From Lingula anatina (Eukaryota > Animalia > Brachiopoda): a stretch of 64,000 bases of DNA. The notes beneath the pieces are model-generated. The model was not told the origin of the DNA, searched no databases, and saw nothing but the letters and a program-made list of their open reading frames with translations. A program made the position numbers and the translations under genes. Shown here one piece after another: positions 47,871 to 59,838 of this stretch; positions within the stretch are counted from its first letter, which is position 1; every line of letters begins with the position of its first letter. The stretch is from contig CM120642.1 of assembly GCA_051362555.1 (NCBI GenBank), positions 15,066,001-15,130,000 on the forward strand. Reading direction: 5' to 3'.

Positions 47871-50800
47871 ATGGCTCAGTTTGACGATCTTTTGTTAGAA
47901 ATTGGTAAGTCGAACAGGTTTTCATGAGAATCAAAGCCTTGTCACTTAAGTTTATCAATCAATAGACAATGATAATATGTGAAGAGAGCATGCAATTTAT
48001 CTTGCTGAAACTGAATTAAGATTACAACGCAGATACCAACGTACCATCAAATCGAATATTTTTAACCGCTTAATCTAGTTTTTGTTTCATGTAACGACCA
48101 CCATGCTCTCAAACACATGCCATAATCGCGAGTAATATTCCGTGGCATTTTATCGTTTATTCATTTGTAAATATTTGAATTGGTGTAAGAAACCATAATT
48201 GTCACACAGACTGTTGCAAATTACAAAGAAAAAAGTACATAGTGTATTTTTCAGTATCAGTTCTTATAGCGTGGGTTTGATCTGTACAAACCCCAAAATG
48301 TGCTAAATATGGACCGCAAGGTTTTTAATGGTCGCCTACATTTTATGTCGAACAACGACGAAGTGATGAATATGCTCGCGGTCATTGTGACCGTACATGT
48401 TGTTTCACTAAGATATCTTTGTATTTGAACAATGGTCATTTTTGATCATTTTTGTTCGAGTATCGGGAAAGATTTAACACATTGGGTTGCTACAAAATAT
48501 CTGGAAATCCCAACCTGGGGCATGGGGGTGGGCGAGGTCACGGGCAAAAAGTTGTGTATATTAAGGTTTTGTGGGGTCAACTATGGTATCATTGTTGATG
48601 TTGTGTTTAGATCAAAGTCTGGGCTGTTTGGGTAATGATCACAGTGTTTTGCCTTAATTCTGTGTACTTCTGACGAAAAATGATAAACCCATCTTAAGAT
48701 AAACGGATGATGCAACAGTGAGTAATTAGTGACAGTTGGCATCTGGTTACATTTGAAACTCAATATTACAGCTTATACTGTAAATGTGCATGCATTTAAA
48801 CATGTAAATGCGGGTCTATAAACATATGTACATGTAAAGCATTATCATACCCAGGAGCCACAGGAAAATATGCTAAACACGTTTACTTATTTCAGGACAA
48901 GTTGGATGGTACCAAGTGCTCCTATCTTTTGTCATCACCATAGGATACGAGTTTAATACAGCGTGTTCAATGCTTATCTTAATGTTTATTGGACCAGATC
49001 CTGGTTGGACGTGCGCAGACAACAGTGACGTGAATGCCAGCATGAGTTGGAATGAGTCTTACACTACCATGCTCACTCCTTCACTTAATACAACACCCAC
49101 GCTAGCTTCCAGCACACCTGTTCCGACTATTTCAACCAGAGACGTTTGTAAGGATTGTACAAACTATAAATTCAATAAAGACTTTACATCTATAGTCACA
49201 GAGGTAATTTTTTTTTGTCCTTTAAGCTGGAACAATGTGTAGTTCCCACTGGTATAATTTCAGGGCGTTTGCCCACCTATATTGAAAGCAAGTCATTGGT
49301 GCGCTTTAAGTGTCGACTAGGTTACTCATTAATTTAAAGCTAACTGGCTAAAAATGGGGAAATGAGGCACAGTAACAACAAGTACATGCAGAAACACACA
49401 CTGTTTTTCGCACAAAGAAGATAATGATAACTGGGAAACAGATGCAAATCAGTGTTTCTAATTTCTAAATCACTGGTGATATATTTTGTTTTAGTGGGAA
49501 TTGGTTTGCGACCGGGACTTTATAAGTGACACCATTACGTCTTTGCAAATGGCGGGAGTGCTTGTCGGATCTTTGTTTTTTGGGCAGCTTAGTGACTTGT
49601 TTGGGAGAAAGAAGGTATGGCAAAACATATTCAGCGAGCACTGTATACTATTTCAGTAGCATGAAAAAATTCCAACTCACATTATTAAAGGAAAACTTTG
49701 CCACTTACTTTTAAAAGAGTATACATATTTTTATCCCTTTATTTTGCGCCAAGTTGCTTGCAAAGAACCGAACCGGTAGAATCGATACAGTGTGCTTTAA
49801 CCTAGTTGAAGAAAGGACTGGAAAAGTATTTGTCAAATGATGTGTTAAGGATGTTATGTGAAATAAAATATCGAGTTCATAAATTTGGGTAAAACTGGCA
49901 TTATTTTAGGTCTACTTTCTTGCTACAACTACACTTTGCGTCATGGGTGTTGCTCAAGCATTTGCTACAAATTGGATACTTTTTGCTGCATGTCGGTTTG
50001 GAAGTGGTGTATTGATAGGAGGTAAAGTAATGGCTAAAAATAGCAATAAAAGCACGTACACCTATGAAAATTGTTATGTAACGAAGCGGATACATACAGA
50101 TCTTTTAAAGGGTTATGCAAAAGAAAAATATTTTCATCGTTCGAATTCAATAATTATTACGTTCGAATGCAAATTTTGCGAGAGAGCGCGATGATTTTTA
50201 TGTTCGTAATAACACAAAGGAATACTTCTATCTTCCTGAGTGCTTGAACGAATGAAATTGCATATTTGCCTTGAAAAACAGTCATTAAATTGCTTTTGTT
50301 CTCTCTCCCCATCTCTCCTTCACACACACTCTTATTTCTATCAACCTATCCATTTATCTGTGTTTTTTTTACCCTGTTAGGTAACATAGTTGTTGGGCAC
50401 GTCTATAACATCGAATTCCTGGGTCCAAAGTACCGTCATATTCCTCTCACGTTTGGGTTGTGGTCGACAAGTTGCCTGATATTATTAGCCATGGCGTATT
50501 TCATCCGCGACTGGCGCCATCTCCTGCTGGCAACATCTGTGCCTGGCTTCGCCATTATTGGAGCGTGGTGGTAGCTTTTGTTTACGTGTTCTTGTTGTTC
50601 ACAAATAATAAAATGAGATTTTTGTTGCGTAATTTCTCAAACTAGGCGTTAAGATACTGGGTATAGTTTCTGTTTGTATTGTTTACATGTACTTTCTACA
50701 CCGTCTCCTGTCTGTGTTCGGTGTAACGAAACTGAGGGTCCCTACAACAGAAAGTCCGCCATTCATATACTTATAATGGTTAGGGTTAGTTTAACCTAAG

Positions 50801-53236
50801 TGGGTCAAAATCTAGGGCGAGGCTCAATTGTACAAATGAATGGAAGCGGATTCTCGGTTATGGGGGACTCTCTGTTACGTTACACCGACATTATTTTGCT
50901 TTCGTTTTAACATATATAAACACTGCCTTTAGAGCACATCTTAATTCCAGGTTCGTACCTGAAAGTCCCAGATGGCTTCTTAGTAAGGGCCGCTTTGTCG
51001 AGGTGACAACTATTGCGAAGAGAATAGCCAAGAGAAACAAGAAACCGCAACCAAATATGGAGAAATTTATAAAGGCGTACAAGGTCAATAACAATATTTT
51101 TGAAGTGATATATGAACAGATTTATTGGAAACTGAGTGATTATATATCTGAGTCTGACTCATGTCATTTTAATATTTTACATTCTGTCACTTTTGTTTAT
51201 CAACAGACCGAAACGCCTAATTGTGAGCCCGGTGTTAAGCACAGTTATTGGGACCTCTTTCGTACACGCAGTTTAGCTAAGTGCACGCTCATCTTCTCGT
51301 TACAGTGGTAAGTGGCATGGTGATCAGAACTTTAGAATGTGTTTTGTAATAATTATGCAGATGTCTACGAGGGACTCCTTGCATATCAGGGATTTTCCAT
51401 GCCACTGTGTAGGCAATTTAGAAAGGGTTAATCATAAGAACAAATGTACAGCAAGATGAATGCGCATTTATAATCCTACATCAAATTATTTTTGGTATAC
51501 CTTGTTTTGCGGAAGTGCACGTATTTGTGTGCGCAATCTGACGAAAACTCACGTTTCTTTCCGTCTAGGTTCTGCATGAGCTTGATCGGGTACGGGGCAG
51601 CATTCAACATGAAGAATTTACCTGGCGACAGATTCGTAAACATGTCAATCTCCTTCTCGTCCGGCTATCTTATACCCATCAGTGTGTTCTTTCTGCCGCG
51701 ATGGTGAATAACACATTAAGATTTTGATAAGTAAAATAAGTGAATTTTGCAGAAAAAAGTAGATTTGGATGCTTTCGCAGTGTACATTTAATTATTGACA
51801 TATTTTATTAGAAAGTAAATGGATTTTGCAAAAATAAATTGAGTAGATTTTAATTCCATCTGACAACCGCCTGTACATTGAAAATTGACATTTAGAATTT
51901 TCCTACCAAACACAATTTTCGTTCTTTTTTTCACAGGTTTGGACGTCGTACAATATGTGTGGCTGGCTTTTTGATCTCATCCATTGCTTTTATTCCAAGT
52001 GTGGTAATTTATATCATTGGTGTGTGTATTATGATCTTACATCTAGTTGATTGACAATCACCAGGCAATCTTCCAAGTGAATTATGTTAACAAATGTAAT
52101 GGCGGGTTAGAGAACTATTTAATTTAAGCAGTTTGATTTCTAAAACAGACCATGTCCTTTCCATGGATGTCAAGAATCTAGAGAATGTGCAATTAATAGA
52201 ATGAAAAGCATGGCGATGATAGAGGGTCATATGTTTAACGGTGATCAATTCACCACTGTCTGTTTAGCGGGGAACATCGTTTTTTAAGCATCGGAAAATC
52301 ACGGGTATCATTTGACAGTAATTTGTCCTAGAATTTCAAAATGGAAATTTCTATGCACAATGTCAAAATTTTATGTTTAGTATGTCATAAATACATATGA
52401 TTTTAATTTTGATTTAGACAAAGCTGATGACCTATGGCTTCTGGTTATCATTCTAACTACGATAGGCGGAACTGCGCAGGGGGCATCGTGGAATGGCTCT
52501 ATTTTACTTGTAACGGAAACTTACCCAACTGCAATAAGGTAAAAATAATAAAGTCTTTAATTGAAAAAGATATTTTCCGTGTTTGACCAATACTTTTTAA
52601 TTATCTACATCAGAGGTTAAGCCAAGCCTGAAACTCTTTTTTCTTCGTTAACGAAATAGGTCTACAGTAATCGTAGTTGTATTAGCCCTTAGCTATTGAA
52701 AAAGAAAAGATTTACGTATTCATCATTAACATTGATTTTAAGTTACAATAATAAAAAAAGTGAGATATAACAAATGAAGCTGGGAGAGATTTAAAGCAGG
52801 TATAATGTATCTCCAGAAATATTGGGCTCGGGTTTGCGTCTATGTCTGCACGTTTTGGAGGGATACTAGCTCCCCAGATGGCTTATTTTGTAAGTATTCA
52901 TGCTCATTCCATTCAATTATAATATTTTCGTGGACCTATCTACATTACAACCTTATAGTAATGTTGAGAAAAAATGTCAGACTACTTATACAGTCATTTT
53001 AACCAATTCTTGTTTGGTATTCTTCTCAGGGTACATTTTGGGCACCGATTCCATTTGTAATGAGTGCAGCTTTTGCTTTCTTATCTGGGATTGCAAGCCT
53101 TTACCTGAAGGAAACCAAAAATAAAATTTTGGTAGATGAAGTACCAGACAGAGAGTGTTGCCTTTGTTGCCCATTGAAGAAAGAAGATGACGATAAAATG
53201 GATGACAAAGAATTTGTCACAGTGACTGAACTTTGA
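47871..53236 (+). CDS. SLC22A15-like: SLC22-family transporter paralog G, complete, 12 coding exons, about 538 aa
   Basis: Exons 47871-47904, 48896-49203, 49495-49614, 49910-50021, 50381-50570, 50951-51083, 51207-51307, 51569-51703, 51937-52019, 52418-52538, 52817-52889, 53030-53236; total 1617 nt. Confidence 0.93.
50719..50887. mobile_element. MITE-like element in intron 5 of gene G
   Basis: Perfect 10-bp TIR CGGTGTAACG/CGTTACACCG, imperfect subterminal inverted arms, central GGTTAGGGTTAG tract. Confidence 0.6.
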
Positions 53237-53786
53237 ACGTTTCTCTCCATACATATTCTGCGCAAGTAAACAGGCCGAACAGCGGTATGCTCACGCGTTA
53301 ATTACTCTTAAAAATTCCAAGGGGACGTTAAATCAGTCTAAGCCAGAATTTTGAACGCATTCTGAGAGCATGAATTGCTTCTTGATGAACTTATCTGAGG
53401 ACAATAAAATGTATATTGAAAGATAAATGGCCTTAACCAGTATCGCAAGAAAAATAAAATATATTCACCGTCCCCTGTCCAACCTCGGTATTCAGTCATC
53501 TTGACACAGTTTTAACGCAGTTCACGGGCACGAGAGTCTCGCGATATGTGGAAGTCAAGTCATGGAGTGAATGGTGTATCTGGAGAACCTGCGCTTAGGC
53601 GCGTGTTTTGATTTTTTACTTTTTCCAAAACTGTTACAGGGTAATGGTGAGTGGCAAGAAAGGAAGTAAGAGGGGAGAAATGTCGATTAACCGGTTAAAC
53701 ATGAGTTTTAGAGAGAAAATCCTGGCTTGGGATGTTTTAAGTGTTGCCTTGCTCTTCAAAATACATTTTAGAACTGTAAAAAGCAA

Positions 53787-54010
53787 CTGCCCTGGCCTGC
53801 AAACTCCCCAGATATGAACCCAATTGAAAATTTGTGGGCGGAAGTAACTCACAGAATTTAATAGCTATGGTCATCGACCGGTAAATAGTGATGAACTGCG
53901 ACAGGCAGTGGAATGATATCCCCTAACAAACTCTAAAAAACTTGCCACAAGGCAGGCCATGTAGGACGAGGGTGCTGCAAGCGACTGCTGGAGGTCATAC
54001 CTGCTTTTGA
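53787..54010 (+). mobile_element. Tc1-family (DD34E) transposase remnant
   Basis: Translates LPWPANSPDMNPIENLW (Tc1 catalytic-Glu motif), then with frameshifts ...NSDELRQAV... and GGHTCF*. A possible right end ...ACCCTG-TA at about 54330. Confidence 0.8.
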
Positions 54011-55458
54011 TGACTTTTCATGATTTACTGTAATAAGTTCTTTGACTGTGCAACATATCACTGTCCGGAAGCTATCATTTTCTTTAATATCTTAGCTTAA
54101 AATTAATACTGACATCAAACTGTTGATATGGTTTTCTGGGGGTGTTCTTTTCTTTTGAATAACATCTTATGTGAGATTTGATATTATTGACCAAAATATT
54201 TCACAATGGAAGACTGGATATTTTTATCACTCAATGGCATGCTTTTTTGATGAATCAAGCCAAATAAAAATTAATCAGCACTCAAAAATAACAATGATAA
54301 AAAATATTCCATATTAAGTAGTAACCCTGTATATATGATCACCGTTTTAACGCCGATTCAATGACACCATTCACTACTCCAAAACCCGGCCAGCTAGCAA
54401 TTTTTGTTAGAATTCTTAGTTCTGAATGTTGATAAAGGAAAATTGTGCCTTTGATTAATGAAAAACTGTCATTTCGGTCTCATAATTCCATAACGAAAAC
54501 TTTGAAACTTAAATGCTCATACACTTGTGGTCAAGACTGCCGATTTTTGTGATAAAATTTTGTTCAGGGATGAAGTTACGCGGCATACCGATTGCTATTT
54601 CATCTCACCGCAGAAAGGTGTTAAATTGATAATTAAAGCTTTGAGTTACCTATGCTTATACGAGAAATATAAACACCGGTATTTCTTTTCGAAGTTTTTT
54701 TATTGTTTTAAATCAGCATAAAGATGGATGCATTATTTAATAATTAAATGCAGGAAAAACATCGTTTTTGGTATCTGGATGATAATAAAGGGTTACAATA
54801 CCCTTAAGGGGTTAAAGACACTTTTAACTTTACACATGCACACATACACACACACATATTGTGCATTTCCTTTGGTTCCGGAAATCCTCCTTTTAGGTTT
54901 AATATATATCTGTGGTTGCGGCATTTTAAACCTGTGCAGAATGCGTGTTTCCATCCCAGTTTTTAACTTTGTTTACGGTGGAAACTTTACAATGCCCACA
55001 ATTGTATTCAATCACGTGAGATAGGTATGTTTACCCAAACGTCGGAAGGTCGTGCCGTCTACTTGTTATCTGGGCTCGGCCAGGGATAACGGCCTCCTAG
55101 GGTAAACTATATGCATACACTGTACGAATTCTTAGCTGCACCCTTAGACTTACATATATATGTAGGACACTAAGTACTGGCGACTGTGAATCCCATGTCT
55201 ATGGCCATCTTAGTGCATAGATTGCATTCACGATTTCCAATTGGCGTGGTACTTACACAACCCACTTCAAACTTTAGAAAATGAACCGTGAATATATTGT
55301 CGGTAGTTAAAATGGAGTGTCACTGTTAATCATTAAAATTTCATGATACCCCCCTTATCATTTGTTTGCATGAATGTGCACGCCTTCGTTCGTCCCGTCA
55401 ATATCAGAGCTGTATAAGTTTTAGGCGGTGTGTCAGAGAAATCGGCGCACTTTTAAAC

Positions 55459-55828
55459 ATGACGAAGTTTGAAGACATTTTGCTGGATATTGGTAAGTCT
55501 ACTATAGCAAAGGAGTATATGTAAATGTATACCTTATATTCGTCTCCTTTTAACATAATTGAGGTTTGGTATTTTCCATGATTATTGATGGAATTAAGCA
55601 AAAATTTGATGCACCTAATTTGAAGCGAGAGGAATTCACTAATTGTTTTTCTTGCCATTTACAGACAGCTTGTAAAGTTATATTAAGTTTCCATGGCTAT
55701 CCAATATACAAATCAGTTATCTTTATACTATGTCATGATATACATGAAAACCAGATATTTTAAAATAAAAGCCAGAAAGCTTAACCCCTCAATCAGTTTT
55801 TAATATTTTGTAATTAGTACCCTGTGTA

Positions 55829-55908
<80 letters not shown>

Positions 55909-58900
55909 CTTCTGGTAATACTCCTTGTTTCAGGCCAGGTAGGCTGGTACCAGTTCACCCTGGTGTTGGTCATCACTCTTGGTTGGGAGATGGTCACCGC
56001 TTGGTCCATGTTGAACTTAGTCTTCGTTGGAGCAGATCCAGGCTGGTCATGTCGGGACGAACTCGCTGGAAACATCACAATAAGTAAGGACATTTTCGGC
56101 CAGAGCTCTGCGTCGTCTGTATCACTGGGTGCTACTCAGGTGGCGCCACTGAACTGGACCTCTCCGAATGCAACGACCATCGGCTGTGGAGAATGCACGT
56201 CGTATCTTTTTAATCAAGATTTCACGTCTATCGTCACTGAGGCAAGCATTTTCTTGTTTCTTTTGCCTTAAATTAAATAATGATTTTTTGTTTTTTGACA
56301 AGTTATTTGTTTACTTGTAGGATATTCTTTTTGGAAAATGCTTCATTTCTTTCACATATGAATAAATCAGTATTTGATACAGGGGAGAGTAGCATACAGA
56401 TACATGTGTGTACTTGATAGTGTTTACCCTTCTTCGTGCATGACATTGAAGAAGTTTATTTACCCCAAGTAAATCATTACTAAAGCCGACCTAGCCTCTG
56501 GCTATGCTGATAAGAAATGCGAGTACCTTATGGACCTCGTACGAGCCCAATTCCCATAGTCATCTGCTTCCCTCTTAATGATTTACTGGCTTATATCCCC
56601 CTTCCATAATTAAACACCATTCAGGATCGGTTTACTACAATTCTAATTTATCATTTATGAACAACATTAGATTGTTAGTAATTACTTCAGGATCATTCCA
56701 TCATTTCAGAACCCAAAAGAAAAAAATTAATCCGTACGCAGCAAAACGGGTTGTGTTCTAATTCTCAAGTGTGTGTTGTTAGATCTGTTTAAAACTTAAT
56801 CACCCTTCCATTTCAGTGGGAATTGGTTTGCAGTAGGGATTTCATCAGCGACACCATATCTTCCCTTCTCATGGCAGGCGTTCTCATCGGGTGTGTAGTC
56901 TTTGGGCAGCTGAGTGATTTATTTGGGAGAAAAAAGGTGAGAATTAAACCCCACAAAAAGTCACCGAAGCTCTATATTCAAATTAAGTTAGAGTGCATTT
57001 CTAATATGTAAATACAATCAATCAGTTGATGGAAAATTTGTGAACTATATTTTAAAGGGCTTGATTTAATTATAGAAAAGATGATTGCACCGTCTACTAG
57101 CGTTCTAAGTGGTCACATGTACAGTGTAATTCGAATGCTAGGAACGCTAGGAAATCATCATGTATGAAGTATGTTTTCTTGTCTTTCTGTATGGGATAAT
57201 TGGGTTGACCCCAAACGTATACTCAGCTTTCTGTTCTGCAGGCGTTCTTTGTAGCAGTCCTGTTGACCAGCAGCACAGGGTTGGGGCAAGCCTTCACAAC
57301 AAGCTGGATACAGTTCGCAGGGTTACGTTTTGCCAACGGAGTAGGATGTGGAGGTACGTGTGCAAAGTTTTTATGGTCGGAAACACGTGAAATATGTCCT
57401 TAAAAGTTCTCTTAATGCCTTGATCTCTTATGTATTGTGCTAGAAATCGAAATAAGTACATGTTTATGCAAACAGAAAGAGGGTAGTCACAATGAGCAGA
57501 ACGTTCAGTAGAGTGCAAGTAACACTTAATTGAGACTAAACATTTAAAAATATTCTCACCATCAGCTGGCAGACGTGGTTGTTACATAATATCATAAGCT
57601 CTTTGGATGAGCCACGGGTTGTCTTCATTGATACGAGGGGATTTTGAATTTTTTGAGCCGCAGACAGAAAGAGCAACTCCACACACGTTCCATCTAGTAT
57701 GCCAGTCATTGATGCCCAATCGGTAGAAATCACCCTCTTACTATAAACCTCCACAGCGGCTGTCAGCTCATCATTATGCATCCTCAAAATTCTGACCCTG
57801 AATGTATTCTTCAATCAAGGAAAGAGGCTGAAGTCGCTGTGGGCTAGAATAAGGTGGGTAAGGGAGGAGGTCATCGCCACACTTGCACACAAATGCCATC
57901 GCAACTCGGCTGGTGTGCGTTTATTTGGTGAAATTTATTCACACGACGAAAGAGGGTATTTCTCAGTAGCTAAGGCATTAATAAACAACGGGCGTGATGC
58001 ATTGAACTTTGTGACCAGGAAAAAGTTGTGAGGCACAAAACGATTTGACAGACCTACGTATTTTAAAATTACAAACATTTGCTAGACAGGTTTTCTTTTT
58101 GTTGATTAGTTTTCTAATAATAATCTGTCCCATAGGAGGGTTAGTGGCGGGCTACATATATGGAATCGAATTTCTGGGACCTAAGTATCGACAAATGACA
58201 GTTGCCTTTGGTGTTTGGAGCATTTCGGCCATTGTTCTGGTGGGATTTGCCTATGCCATCCGCGACTGGCGCCATCTGATGATTGTAACTTCAACTCCTG
58301 GGTTTATTGTGATATTCCTGTGGTGGTGAGTGTGTTTGTCTTTATGTTGCAGTAGCGGAGCTTTATCCCGTAGTAATTGCACCACTTAACAGATAACACT
58401 TACTATAATGTTAGCGTTAAAGTACCAAATGTTCTTAAACTTCTCGCAATTAATCTTTCAAGTGATAAAAGGAGATCTAAAGCGAAAGGCATTTTACGAA
58501 ATTTTCATTTGTCGTTTTATCCTTTTTATAGGTTCCTACCTGAAAGCCCAAGATGGCTTTTCAGTCAAGGTCGCTATGAGGAGGTCACAGCGATTGTGAA
58601 GAGAATTGCCAAGTTTAACAAAAAGCCACAACCAAATATGGAGAAATTTATTAAGGAGTATGAGGTAAGTAAATACGTTGACGATTCAATTTGTACGTGC
58701 GAGTACTTGCATCAAATTATTACCTCTTAACCCGACCAAAAGTCACCATAGCGATTCAAATACATGTAGTACATGTATTTCTTTAAAAAATGTCACATAG
58801 TTTGATTGTATTATTTGATTATTAATATTGTGAAAATGATATCAGCACAAATATTTTCTGCTCACTTTTCTGTGATTAAAACGTATGTATCATAAAACCT

Positions 58901-59800
58901 AAGAGTCTGCTTTTGAACAGAAAGAAGGGCTACAATGTATAACAGGTTATATAAAACTCCAGAGAATATTTGTTCAAAAGACTTCTTTAGGGAGGGTGGC
59001 GGTTATAACGCAGCCTCCGTTGCACGCAGCCTAGAGTACCGATTGACTAGCTGGTGCGAATAAGTGCATTGGAGTCAGTGCCTCATGGAAAAAGTAAATA
59101 TATTTATTTTTGTTTATTTATGTTTATTTTTTTTCTCGTTTGCATAGAAAGAAAAAGAGATTCAATCGCACAGTGAAAAATACGGCTTCTGGGATCTGTT
59201 CCGCACGCCAACTTTAACAAAACGAACAGCAATGATAATGTATGTCTGGTAAGTTTGGGGTCTGAGACATGGGGTGGAGCCTTTTATAATCAAAACCTGC
59301 GTGGCTTAAATCTTTGTGTAAGCAATGAAAACAGATACCGGTTGGCGATCCTCAATAACTTTATTGGGAAGATTCATTGATAATAAGTACAAACACGTTT
59401 GTGTTCTGTATAAAAATGCAAATAAATTTATGTTTTAGAGATACAGTGAGTGTAGTGTGTCCCCTCTCTCTTGCTGCGTATTTACATGTTGATCGTATAG
59501 CAACTGCATAAATGTTTATAAATTTGAAGTACACGGGGAAATATCCTCTTATTTAAACTTATTTTCATAGTGATACAATTGTTGTTTTATCACTTTGTAG
59601 CAATCCATTTATGTCCTGTATGGATTAATTTTCAGGTTCAGCATGAGTCTGTTCAACTACGGGGCGACTTTTCACCTGAAAAACCTACCAGGCGACCGAT
59701 ATGTAAACTACTTAATCAATTTTGCTGTCCGATATCTCTCACCATTTTCTATGTTTTTCTTGCCTCGGTGGTAAGTCGGTTTTGAGGAGTGAGGTTAACC

Positions 59801-59838
<38 letters not shown>

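Larger units (their letters stand above)
42040..53448 (+). repeat. Head-to-tail segmental duplication: 42040-47447 (gene F) and 47452-53448 (gene G)
   Basis: Introns, upstream and downstream flanks align throughout; both units start GCTGAACACTCCTCAG and end ...CCTTAAC...TATCGCAA. Confidence 0.9.

Noticed and set aside
57536-57814. 92-aa ORF as a second nested gene
   Set aside because: Explained as part of a frameshifted mariner transposase remnant.
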